DNA of 25,006 nucleotides from Paraphysomonas bandaiensis (GCA_965644295.1 CBFFRP010000499.1:1-25006); one strand, 5' to 3'. Counted from the first letter of the stretch, positions 11,636 to 21,197 are shown. Notes: a model not told the origin generated them from the letters alone. Translations and numbers: made by a program.

Positions 11636-14600
11636 CTATTCCTGGGTTGGGCCATCCACAGCGAGGATTTCGGGGTGGTGCTTGGTGATCGTATCATCCA
11701 CGAGAATCATGCTGGATTCATCGAATTCCCATTGACGACCCCACGCATAAACCATGTAATTATCAAAGCCATATAATTGCTTGTTGAGGTCAAATCGAAC
11801 GGTAATTTTCTTGCGACTCCCGCCCTTGTGATACCAACGGAGGTAGGTAAAAGGAACAACATAGCTGGAAGTTTCCCAGTCTGGAAGCTGTAGGGATTCA
11901 TAAAAAAGGTCCCCAAAGAATCTCAAATCCACGTATACTGTGTCCCCCGGTGATACTGAGGTAATGTTTTCCTTGCGCTTGTCTCGTATGAATCTTGTGG
12001 CCATATCCGTGTCCAAGGATAGGTGAAAAAGGAAAGGCTTACTCTGGCAGAAGTCATAGTACGCCTCACATAGGATATCAGGGGTATACGGAATATCAAG
12101 AACTTCTCCATCAGCATACTTAACCTTGAAAGTCATCGAAGTCCTCTTTCTGCAGTCTCCCTTGTAGCCAAGAATCTTATCGACCATGAACTGCTCCTGA
12201 TCTCGCATTGCAGCATTGAAAGCCTCCTCTGCCGAACCATAGAATAGCTCAAGATCCTCAACCGAAAACTTTTTTATTGCTCCACTTATCAGATTCCTAC
12301 AATCCACATCGTTTTTGTATTGATGGACAACTTGCATTGGACCCTTATGACGACACGCCAGTTTAGGATGTGGTTTTGGACCAGCATCAAACAAGACAAA
12401 ATCTCCTGGCGCATACATATTTTGGGGCATAAGTCTCGCTTGACTCGCTCTTTCTTCAACCAACTGATCTTGAAATTTCTTCGAAGCCTCTCGGAGCACT
12501 GTTAGATTCTCATTTAGCTGTTTTAGCAGCATGTGGGACGGTTCACCCTCACAATCTTTCAAAAGATCCTTATATACCGCGTCCACGGATCCAAATACAA
12601 GCTCAAACGGCGTAAATCCAGTCTCTGAGGACACATGATCATTGAGAATGTATTGTACGGAAGGAATCTTTGTAACATCATCGAAGATATCTTGGATCCT
12701 TGTGTCAAATACTAGTGCTCGCAAATGCCGCACCACTTCCTTTATTGGCCTCTCTGTACCGTTAGCATGTTTATCTGCAATGCTAAACACATGGCGCATT
12801 CCCATGAGCTGAACTAACTCTGCGAATAACTTCGAGGTAAGGTCAGTACCCAAATCTGAGATAATCATGTCAGTATGTCCAAAATTGCTCCAATATATCC
12901 ACACAGAAGCAGCTAAATTTTTCGCTGTAACGCCTATTATCGCTCTGAGAAATGCATGTTTGCTGAACAAATTAACAATGACCAGGATATGTGATTCACC
13001 GTTCTTCCCTGCTGGTGTTATCTTCACAGCATCTATTCCAATGACACTTCTCGCATGTGGGGGTTTCAGTGTTCTAGGGATCTTAATTAAACGGTTTTTA
13101 CGCTCTCTCCGTGTTTTCTCACAGCACGCACACGAACTCACAAAGTCTGCTATTTCTTTATATGGAATCTGATGCCCAGGACACAGTTTATTCAGCCGAT
13201 TCCACATCTCTTTAGCTCCCCAGTGGCCTGATTGGGCATTATGTACTTCCTCCATAAGTTCCTGGGCCCTTAATCTAGATACAGGCTCAGGGGCTGTCTC
13301 TGATATATCAGTTAGGTCGAATACGTTCATGAGGGCGTGGAATGTCCAATCATCATCACTATCCTCTTCACCCATTGTTCTATCATGATCCGAATCATCC
13401 ATGGAGATCATAAATAAACGCGATAGGGCGTCGGCCACAGTATTTTCTCTTCCACTGATATGTTGTACAACAAAATCAAACGATTGTAGATAAACTCTCC
13501 ATCTGACTATTTTCGGCACTTCTGACGCCTCCATCCATCTTAGATTGTTATGGTCTGTCTGGACGATGAAGTGTTTCCCAATCAGGTAATACGCAAAATG
13601 TCTCACCGCATAAAAGATGGCATATCCTTCTTGCTCAATTGTTGACCATCTCATAGCTTCAGGTGAAAATTTCTTTGAACACATGGCTATAACTTGGTAT
13701 ACAACTTCACCATTTTCGAGGCGTTTTACTTGGAATAGGACTGCTCCAATACCGAACTCACTAGCATCCGTACGCAAGAACCACTCCAATTCGTAGTCTG
13801 GGTAAAAGACTGAACAAGCCTCTTGAAGTCCAGTTTTATAGTCCTCCCATTCCTGCCTATAATCTATTTTCCACGTGGTTTCGTCCCAATTAAAATCTTG
13901 CTTTGTAAGGTCCGTCAAATGCTTCACCTTGTCCTTGTAGTTCTCAACAAATGGCGCAAAGAACACACCCATACCCAGCATTGACCTCACCTTTTTCTGA
14001 CGATTCCCACTCTCCGGAAAAGGAATTTTCAAAATAGCTTCCTTCCTATCATTGGTCAACTCATAAGAATGATGTCTGCAATTGTAACCAAAAAAATGAA
14101 CTTCTCTTTTCCCTAACCATGTCTTAGCAAATTTCAATACAACGCTGTGTTCAATGCAACGATCAAGGAACAAGTCGAGCTTCCTATACGCATCATCATA
14201 ATCCTTTGCCAATATTAAAACGTTGTCGAACAGACATATAGCCCAGTCAAAATCACCAAATAATTCCATAATAGTTTGTTGAAGCTTTCCACTGCCCGGT
14301 CCTATACCCTCAGGAACATATAACGGCTGGAATTGACCCCATGGGGTCTGAATCGATAGTTTGGCCGAGGTTTGCTCAGTCACGGGTATCTGGTGGAATG
14401 CGTTCGTTAGATCAATGTCTAGGAAGATTTCATACTCAATAATACGATCCAGCTGATGACGCACATTCGGAATATAGTAATGTGGGATTTCCATATATTT
14501 ATTGATGATTCGATAGTCACCACATAGTCTGATAAATGGCTTAGTCGCCTTAGGGGCCACTGTGAGACATGAAGCCCAGGGTGATGAACTTTTTACGTAA

Positions 14601-15550
14601 ATATACCCTCTCAGACGCATAAACTCTTGTTCAGTAGCCTCATAGAGCCTAGGATTGATAGGTCGTGCCTTTGGTTTCAGTCGGTGGGGTAGATCCTCTC
14701 TAAATTTTATATCCAATGGCTCGATCCCCTTCATACCTGTCCACTTCTCCGGTACAAAAGCATTCACGCCTTTCCCACGTAGAAGTTCTTCAACTTTAGT
14801 GGATTTTCGAAATTCAGGGTCAATATGGTCCTCGAACATACTTATAAACTCACTGATTGCATCTTCTCGCGATTTACCCAGAAATAGTGACACATCCCCA
14901 AAACTCGTAGGCAGAGGGTTATCCTTTTCTTCAGAAGCTTCTTCTGCTGATGAAAAACTCCACGGCTGTAGGTATTGTTCGACGTCTGACACATGCAAAG
15001 TCTGCAACTCTGGTAAATGCATATTCTCGGTCCTAACTGCCTCAACTTCTGATTTAAAGAACTGCCATAGTTCTCCAAGAATCGCCGGCATACCTATGAT
15101 GACTTCGTTTTGTAGCATCTCAAGGACAACGAAATCTCCGGAGTATATAATATCTTGCTGTTCACTCGATATCTTCATGTCTAATTGGATTGTTGTATCA
15201 CTTTCAAGTCTTGTCTTGTTGTCAGCCAGCCCGATCTTCAAATTCTTTTTAATAATTCTCTTGTTCTCTAGTTGTTCTCTTATTTTTGTGAAAATTCTCT
15301 TACTGATGTAGTTCGCACACAGGGCTCCAGTGTCGAACAAAACTCTAATCTTATCTGACATTACAACATTATTATCAAAATTGCTGCTTAACAGCTGTCC
15401 ATTAAAATGCACCATGTCCGGGGTAGCTTGAAAATTTCTCACCAAATCCCCCACAATGGCACATAACTCATGTGGAGGCATCTTCGACTCATCAGGATTC
15501 ACAAGTATGTTTTCATTATCCTGGTGAGTGCCGGAGACGCCTCCTACCAG
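11636..15550 (-). CDS. pol: Gypsy Pol polyprotein (protease, RT, RNase H, integrase, chromodomain, extra C-terminal region)
   Basis: Protease LFDTGA. RT DIDLTNAFHQ and CLFDNVLI. RNase H TDASEFG, EQEGYA, TDHNNL, VADALSR. Integrase HHCC, GIDAV, SDLG, NGTER, KGPM. Chromo-like FMVDKIL...FKVKY. The frame is open back to 15550. Confidence 0.95.
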   Translation of the reverse strand: MVGGVSGTHQDNENILVNPDESKMPPHELCAIVGDLVRNFQATPDMVHFNGQLLSSNFDNNVVMSDKIRVLFDTGALCANYISKRIFTKIREQLENKRIIKKNLKIGLADNKTRLESDTTIQLDMKISSEQQDIIYSGDFVVLEMLQNEVIIGMPAILGELWQFFKSEVEAVRTENMHLPELQTLHVSDVEQYLQPWSFSSAEEASEEKDNPLPTSFGDVSLFLGKSREDAISEFISMFEDHIDPEFRKSTKVEELLRGKGVNAFVPEKWTGMKGIEPLDIKFREDLPHRLKPKARPINPRLYEATEQEFMRLRGYIYVKSSSPWASCLTVAPKATKPFIRLCGDYRIINKYMEIPHYYIPNVRHQLDRIIEYEIFLDIDLTNAFHQIPVTEQTSAKLSIQTPWGQFQPLYVPEGIGPGSGKLQQTIMELFGDFDWAICLFDNVLILAKDYDDAYRKLDLFLDRCIEHSVVLKFAKTWLGKREVHFFGYNCRHHSYELTNDRKEAILKIPFPESGNRQKKVRSMLGMGVFFAPFVENYKDKVKHLTDLTKQDFNWDETTWKIDYRQEWEDYKTGLQEACSVFYPDYELEWFLRTDASEFGIGAVLFQVKRLENGEVVYQVIAMCSKKFSPEAMRWSTIEQEGYAIFYAVRHFAYYLIGKHFIVQTDHNNLRWMEASEVPKIVRWRVYLQSFDFVVQHISGRENTVADALSRLFMISMDDSDHDRTMGEEDSDDDWTFHALMNVFDLTDISETAPEPVSRLRAQELMEEVHNAQSGHWGAKEMWNRLNKLCPGHQIPYKEIADFVSSCACCEKTRRERKNRLIKIPRTLKPPHARSVIGIDAVKITPAGKNGESHILVIVNLFSKHAFLRAIIGVTAKNLAASVWIYWSNFGHTDMIISDLGTDLTSKLFAELVQLMGMRHVFSIADKHANGTERPIKEVVRHLRALVFDTRIQDIFDDVTKIPSVQYILNDHVSSETGFTPFELVFGSVDAVYKDLLKDCEGEPSHMLLKQLNENLTVLREASKKFQDQLVEERASQARLMPQNMYAPGDFVLFDAGPKPHPKLACRHKGPMQVVHQYKNDVDCRNLISGAIKKFSVEDLELFYGSAEEAFNAAMRDQEQFMVDKILGYKGDCRKRTSMTFKVKYADGEVLDIPYTPDILCEAYYDFCQSKPFLFHLSLDTDMATRFIRDKRKENITSVSPGDTVYVDLRFFGDLFYESLQLPDWETSSYVVPFTYLRWYHKGGSRKKITVRFDLNKQLYGFDNYMVYAWGRQWEFDESSMILVDDTITKHHPEILAVDGPTQE

Positions 15551-15814
15551 TTAGGCTCTGGTCTGGTCCCGCTTTAGGACCTTGGGGTATCCATCTCTCT
15601 CAATCGTAGCCAACTTCTTCATTAACCATTGCCTGGTCTCTTTAGCTGATACATGCGATCCATCATCCCTTTCATCATCTTTATCAAGAGTGCGCTCGCC
15701 CTCCAAAATACTGAGTCTAGATTCGAGTGCGGCAGATCTATCCGCTGGTAAGTCCATTTTCACAACCAAAGACTGTAAAAGAGTCTTTATAGTGTCTTCT
15801 TCGTCAATTTCCAT
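15551..15814 (-). CDS. Very short gag-position ORF (87 aa), probably an internally deleted gag
   Basis: ATG at 15814, 41 nt after the 5' LTR. Coiled-coil-like start (LQSLVVKM...LESRLSILE). No capsid-sized domain or Zn knuckle. Same frame as pol. Confidence 0.65.
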   Translation of the reverse strand: MEIDEEDTIKTLLQSLVVKMDLPADRSAALESRLSILEGERTLDKDDERDDGSHVSAKETRQWLMKKLATIERDGYPKVLKRDQTRA

Positions 15815-15855
15815 TGTTAACAATATTTTCCGGCTTTTAACCCAAGTAAATTTAC

Positions 15856-17203
15856 TGCAATGGAACTCAGGTTGGGACCTGAGAGCCAAACTCTAAATAA
15901 GCTAAAACTCGCTTTAAGAGAGAGAATGTTGCTTATTATTAACCTATACTACTTCTGCAGTACTAAATGCTTCTCGGCACCCCAAGAAACTAAAGCACAA
16001 CTCACCAGCTATGCAGTTCAGTACTAAACAGAAAAGTGACGAGCTACAACAACCAACAAAGAGAGAACAAGCTTAACTAAAAAGAATGACGATGCGCTTG
16101 AGCGTTGACAGCCACACAGTGACTAAATCCAAATTTTCTGCGAAGGAGTGACGATATTTATGAATATTCTTGGAGAATTCTTCTTCTTCATACTCTACAC
16201 ATTAATGTATGGACTCTGCCGTATACACTCTCAACTGCTGCTCATCTAAACGATAATGGGCACTCGACCAATCAGCATTGAGAATAGGGAAAGCATTGGT
16301 TCAGTATTCGCTTCCTGTATTTATACAGTGTAGGGTACAGTATACTGATACTGTATACCTACGAGTGATATAGACGCATACATACGATAGAGGAATACTG
16401 CAAATACATCATATACAGTGTATACGGTATACAGTGCGGTTGCTGAGAGGAGATGCAGCTCGCTCCTAACTGCCATCTTAATGTGATTGCAGCACACATA
16501 CCGAACATACTTATAAGCGAGCAGATTATCGTGAAAATTGAACAATATGTCCAGAGATGCATTACCATTGTACTCGCTAAAGACCACTGCTTCTTCAATT
16601 GCCGATATAGAGTACGAGGCGATATAGTATATTGACTGTGCAGCATCAGTACGAGGGTCCACACAGTGTGATGATCAAATGGAAGGTACCGTAAAATCAT
16701 GTAATCAGTACGTACAGTCATGACAGGTGATATATAGGTCCTTCTTCCAGACAGAGGCGGTCTATGGCAACCCTTAGTCACCATTAATTGGAAATGGATA
16801 TATGCACCACACAGAGGCACATAATAACGGTAAAGAAGCCGCAGACACATCCACTGACTGCAGGAAAAGCACGTATACACTGTTTACGTACTATAGGTGA
16901 TTGTAGAAGCTACATATGTGCATTTACAGGCCACTGGTTGAATATAGAGCCATGTACACATATATACCATATATTAGGGTAAGGATACAACATATATATA
17001 TATTCTGTAGAAGGGTCACAACCTATACATATATGTGTGGGTGAAAGAGAGAAACTAGGTTAGTATGTACGCATATATATATGTATACATCCAAACTGTA
17101 ATAATAATAACTCTTCAAAAGAATTATATATCACAGCCCAGCATATAGAATAGAAGATAGTGCTGATGATTATAAACCTGCTTTAAACCTGCACAGGTTT
17201 ACA
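15856..17203 (-). repeat. 5' LTR
   Basis: 1348-bp repeat. In element sense it reads TGTAAACC...CCATTGCA. Confidence 0.97.
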
Positions 17204-17288
17204 TCCCTATCCCTGGTCACTACTATCAGCGAATATTTTACAATCATAGACATACAAAATCGTTCACAGTTCACAGTCAATATACTTC

Positions 17289-17371
17289 CCTCAACAACGT
17301 CAAACTCACACCTCTTCGTAGTGCTATGGGGGATAAGTACCAGAGATATTTCTTCGGGAATCTAACGTGAG
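17289..17371 (+). ncRNA. HDV-like ribozyme candidate (degenerate P1)
   Basis: P2 CUCAC (17305-09) pairs with GUGAG (17367-71). P3 ACC/AGU closes L3 UCUUCGU. An AGUA/GAA motif closes P4. J4/2 is CUAAC with a candidate catalytic C at 17362. Confidence 0.6.
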
Positions 17372-17695
17372 CCACATATATAGTATATAGTCAGCAGATA
17401 ATTTTCTGCCCGCTCATAGCCAAATACTTGTGTGGTACAAGGAACACTAATTAGTGTCACTTGTGTAGACGTTTTTGGGCCTCGACGAATATATAAGGAT
17501 CCGAGACTGGGCCTACCTGAAGGGTAACCGGGGGTATTGGGCTGCCTGTTGAAGTCAAGCATCCGGGCTGTTCACCTCAAGGACTCAAAAATCCTGAAGT
17601 CAGCAGGTGTCAGGTATATCAACCTTCTGCTTGCTCACTGCATTTACTTTGACTGATAGAAAGTTAATCACTAGTTAGTTAAGTTGTTGTGCTAC
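17290..17695 (+). mobile_element. Non-autonomous ribozyme-headed retroelement, copy 1 (LINE-homologous tail block deleted)
   Basis: Reverse complement of 17739-18109 and homologous to 22845-23293. Retains the terminal AGTTAATCACTAGTTAGTTAA...GCTAC seen in copy 3. Confidence 0.8.
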
Positions 17696-17721
17696 ATTAG
17701 TTCTGACTCTTACACGCCTTT

Positions 17722-18109
17722 GGTGCAACCACTTTTGCTCTATCAATCAAAGTAAATGCAGTGAGCAAGCAGAAGGTTGATATACCTGACACCTGCTGAC
17801 TTCAGGATTTTTGAGTCCTTGAGGTGAACAGCCCGGATGCTTGACTTCAACAGGCAGCCCAATACCCCCGGTTACCCTTCAGGTGGGCCCAGTCTCGGAT
17901 CCTTATATATTCGTCGAGGCCCAAAAACGTCTACACAAGTGACACTAATTAGTGTTCCTTGTACCACACAAGTATTTGGCTATGAGCGGGCAGAAAATTA
18001 TCTGCTGACTATATACTATATATGTGGCTCACGTTAGATTCCCGAAGAAATATCTCTGGTACTTATCCCCCAGAGCACTACGAAGAGGTGTGAGTTCGAC
18101 TTTGTTGAG
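17722..18109 (-). mobile_element. Non-autonomous ribozyme-headed retroelement, copy 2 (3'-truncated); ribozyme candidate at 18028-18109
   Basis: Inverted copy of 17290-17660. Keeps AAGTGGTTGCACC, the start of the block shared with the LINE 3' UTR. Confidence 0.8.
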
Positions 18110-18197
18110 AGATATTATAAACACCTTGTCAACCTGGTAATTGTTGCACTCTCTAATTTCTAATGTATTTATGCCAAGGTTTTTCTTCTACTTGACA

Positions 18198-19384
18198 TAT
18201 ATTGAAGGTCTTTATATTTAGCAATAGGCGTTAAAAACTCGTTCCGATATAGTGGCTAGTTGAATGCTAGATATACTAGCTAGGCCTCTACCCATAACTA
18301 ATCAGCACAAACTTTATTATCCTACTATTTATCGCTACAGAAGCTGCTTGTGCGTCGCCGCAAGCACCAAGGTGCAACCACTTCCGTTCTTAATGTGGTT
18401 TGTGAGGTCGCCCTGCTCGTCTGTCTGAGGACTCACTGGCGCGTGTTGTCCGGGGGTCTCCCCTTGGGATAAGGATCCGCCTGGCTCTGAGGTACAGGGT
18501 TCTGTATTAAGGTCCTGAGTGTACCGAGCACTAGATGTGTGTACTGAGAGGTTGATGGTGTGGTGGAATGTGGCGGTGTCGACATGCACCGTCTGGGCGT
18601 TGGGCATAGGTGGAGTTGCCGGAGACGTCGTCGCCGTTGTCTAGGGCCTGTTGGTTTCATACGGTCCGGTGCTATGGTCCTTTGTGTATGGTTGGTAGGG
18701 TTCATATGTGCGGTGAGCGGTGTTCCAGTCTCGGTTCGTCTGTGGATTCCTAGTAATCTTAGCACCTTTGGGCGTTTCCGTTTCTGTCTGCGTTTTGGAC
18801 GCGGCCGCGGTAGTAGCCTTGGGGGACCTTTCTGTAGGGTGACGTATCTTCTACTTCGATCTTGGATCATTAGCTTTGCTGCAGAGAAAAGCGGTAGAAG
18901 TAATTTGATGATCGCTGATTCGATGCTGCGCAGTCCTTGGGATGTCAGTGACTCATGGATGTGATCTCCAAAAACCATTTCAAGCTGTGTAGTTGTGATG
19001 GTACCCGTCCAGAATCTCTCCACCTGTGGCACGGAAGGGTTCCAGGCCCTGCTGGAGAGTCGCTGGAGTACAGTGGTGGTCCATTGGGGTAGTTCCGGAT
19101 TTTTCATTTCTTCTAGAAGCGCGTTTTTGTGGCTGTGAAATGCAGACTCCCTTATCTGCGTTATGGTGTCATTTGTACAGTCTAGACACATAAGCTTGAG
19201 TGAGTCTAGTCTAAATCCGCAGTCCGTGTTTGGTTTTCGCCCGGTTTCTTCCTATGCTGAAGGATTTGTCCCATGTCAGTGCTGCATTGAGTACTCTTTG
19301 GCGCAGGTGGGAACTCACCTTATCCTTTCATGGTCCACCATCTGCTTGCGCCAATTTGCGCGGAAGTAGTGCTCCGCTGTCTTT
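18198..19384 (-). mobile_element. 5'-truncated copy of the LINE, flanked by a 23-bp TSD
   Basis: Aligns to ~3838-5053 in reverse. The perfect direct repeat CAAGGTTTTTCTTCTACTTGACA lies at 18175-18197 and 19385-19407. There is a 29-bp internal deletion near 19222. Confidence 0.96.
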
Positions 19385-19959
19385 CAAGGTTTTTCTTCTA
19401 CTTGACAAGGCAGTTACGCCAAAATTTCTATGACGAGTTTTTTCATTGTGCCTTCCAAAGATAAGCAATACATCACGTCATAATATTGAAATAATCATAG
19501 AAATTTTTGTTGAGCTTGAAGAAGTATAGCAATGCTATTGACCAACACATTGCCTCTAAACTTACTTAGCTATTGATGCAACTTAGTAGATAATTAGTAG
19601 AGCTAGTAGTATCTCTACGCGCTGACTGCTATAGTTATAGTCAGTAAGTTGATATGAAGCTTGGTAATAGGTAAAAAAATTCAAGTAACTCTTTCCTTTT
19701 ATCGAACAACAATTAATTTTAAACGGATACTTCTCAAAACAACACAACAATAAAATGGATAAAAAACACGCTGCTCAGTCTCAGAAGTCTTTTTTCAACA
19801 ATGATTTACTATTTACATTCATAGCCATTATTCTTCTACCCATTTATATGTTAGAGCATCATAACACTGCCAAAAGTATCACCATACCGTCAATATATAC
19901 AATTTTACAGATGTATGTCGTGTCCTGTATATAGTTCACCAAACAAGGTGCTTCGATTT

Positions 19960-20298
19960 TTAACAATCACCAGGCTCCCTTTGGTGAGCCAGAAGCATAT
20001 AGTCACCAAAATGGTCAACAACCACGACGCGTACACGGAAGCATTTGTTTCCGAGCTCCCCTTGCGGATGAATAGCAATAATCATTTCATACTTTAAACC
20101 CGAAACAACTTGGCGACTAGCAGAGAGAACGTCATAGGACTTTACATAATCTGGATCATAGAAGTTCACTACAGAGTACCGCGATGCCTCTATGACAGCA
20201 TCATCCTTAACGTCTATTGAAGTCCATCCGCCGGACATTTGAGCAGCGAGCAGACTCGTAAACAATGAATATAAGAATATTATTTGATGGACCTTCAT
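19960..20298 (-). CDS. Secreted cystatin (cysteine protease inhibitor, family I25)
   Basis: Signal-peptide-like N-terminus, SGGW trunk, QVVSG (QxVxG) loop. 112 aa, intronless. Confidence 0.9.
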   Translation of the reverse strand: MKVHQIIFLYSLFTSLLAAQMSGGWTSIDVKDDAVIEASRYSVVNFYDPDYVKSYDVLSASRQVVSGLKYEMIIAIHPQGELGNKCFRVRVVVVDHFGDYMLLAHQREPGDC

Positions 20299-20750
20299 AT
20301 TGATAAGTATGTAGAATACAGGATTCTAAGCGATTCTTCAATATGATGATAGTAAACTACTTGCTTTACTGTATATCAACAAGAAGAAAGGGTGAAAGTT
20401 TCTGCATATAACATGATGTCATAACTTACTTGAACTTTTTTCTTCTTCGTGTTCTTCATGTTCTCGATTTTCAGTGTGTGTCGATTGAAGATATTAACAT
20501 CCATCTGTTCCCAACTTAGCGGATGTTCATATCCGGTAACGAAGAGACATCCGGTCTGATTTCATCGTCGTTACATACTTGAGTGAAAGATGCAAATATG
20601 TGAATAGAATGAATTGAATTACTCCTCATTTCCTGTTGCTCGCTAGTAATACACTACGTAATATTCACAGTAAGCTTTGCTTGTCCTCTGATCACTACAT
20701 ATAGTGTACAGGTGGAGTATCTGTAATTATTTGGGGTATTGGATTTAGAA

Positions 20751-21197
20751 ATGGTCCTTAGTCAAGAAGAAATCGATGGATGTCGTGAAGCTTTTCTAGC
20801 ATTCGACAAAGATCGTAGTGGCACGATTGATGTTTGGGAGCTAAGACAGGTGTTGGAAGCAATGGGCCAGAAGCCAACTGAAGAAGAACTCTTTCAGATG
20901 ATTAGTGAAGTGGATGAAAATATGTCTGGTTCAATTGATTTCGCTGAGTTTCTGAAAGTGATCGAGAATCAAAAAGAAAGAGCGGAAAACTTCGATGATG
21001 AAAGCGACATGATAGATGCTTTTGTCGCTTGCGGAGGCTTGCAAGACAAATCCGGTCACGTCAAGCGTGAAACACTGGTTAGAATTATCAAACTTGACTT
21101 TGGACTCACAATTGATATCGAGGATCTGATCAACAAAATTGACACTGATGGTAGTGGAGAAATTGAATTCGAAGAATTTAAGACGCTGCTGTCTTAA
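20751..21197 (+). CDS. Calmodulin-like EF-hand protein, most similar to outer-arm dynein 18-kDa light chain LC4
   Basis: EF loops DKDRSGTIDVWE, DENMSGSIDFAE and DTDGSGEIEFEE. The degenerate third hand DAFVACGG...DKSG and FGLTIDIE are features I associate with LC4. First ATG at 20751. Confidence 0.85.
   Translation: MVLSQEEIDGCREAFLAFDKDRSGTIDVWELRQVLEAMGQKPTEEELFQMISEVDENMSGSIDFAEFLKVIENQKERAENFDDESDMIDAFVACGGLQDKSGHVKRETLVRIIKLDFGLTIDIEDLINKIDTDGSGEIEFEEFKTLLS

Larger units (their letters stand above)
10256..17203 (-). mobile_element. Ty3/Gypsy LTR retrotransposon with chromodomain, recent insertion
   Basis: Two 1348-bp LTRs with TG...CA ends. 4-bp TSD TCCC at 10252-10255 and 17204-17207 (readable as 5-bp TCCCT if the LTR T is counted). 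Domain order PR-RT-RH-IN, and a PPT. Confidence 0.97.
9570..17215 (-). mobile_element. Internally deleted hAT DNA transposon (9570-10255 plus 17204-17215), interrupted by the Gypsy element; left TIR missing
   Basis: Removing the Gypsy element and one TSD copy reconstitutes CAATATATTGTTCCCTATCCCTG, the exact reverse complement of 23414-23436. 9570-9712 and 9751-9788 align with 23461-23604 and 23679-23717. A transposase remnant lies inside. Confidence 0.85.

Noticed and set aside
17372-17660. Hammerhead ribozyme (retrozyme) in the element body
   Set aside because: No CUGANGA...GAAA core with supporting stems was found on either strand.
17837-18037. 66-aa ORF repeated at 17362-17562 and still open in copy 3
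   Set aside because: It is antisense to the element and has no recognisable motif. Its recurrence follows from near-identical DNA copies.
18085-18101. GGTGTGAGTTCGACT resembling a Pol III B-box (tRNA-derived SINE)
   Set aside because: It is antisense to the LINE-derived tail and at the very edge of the element, with no A-box or cloverleaf. It is better explained as the reverse complement of the ribozyme P2 region.
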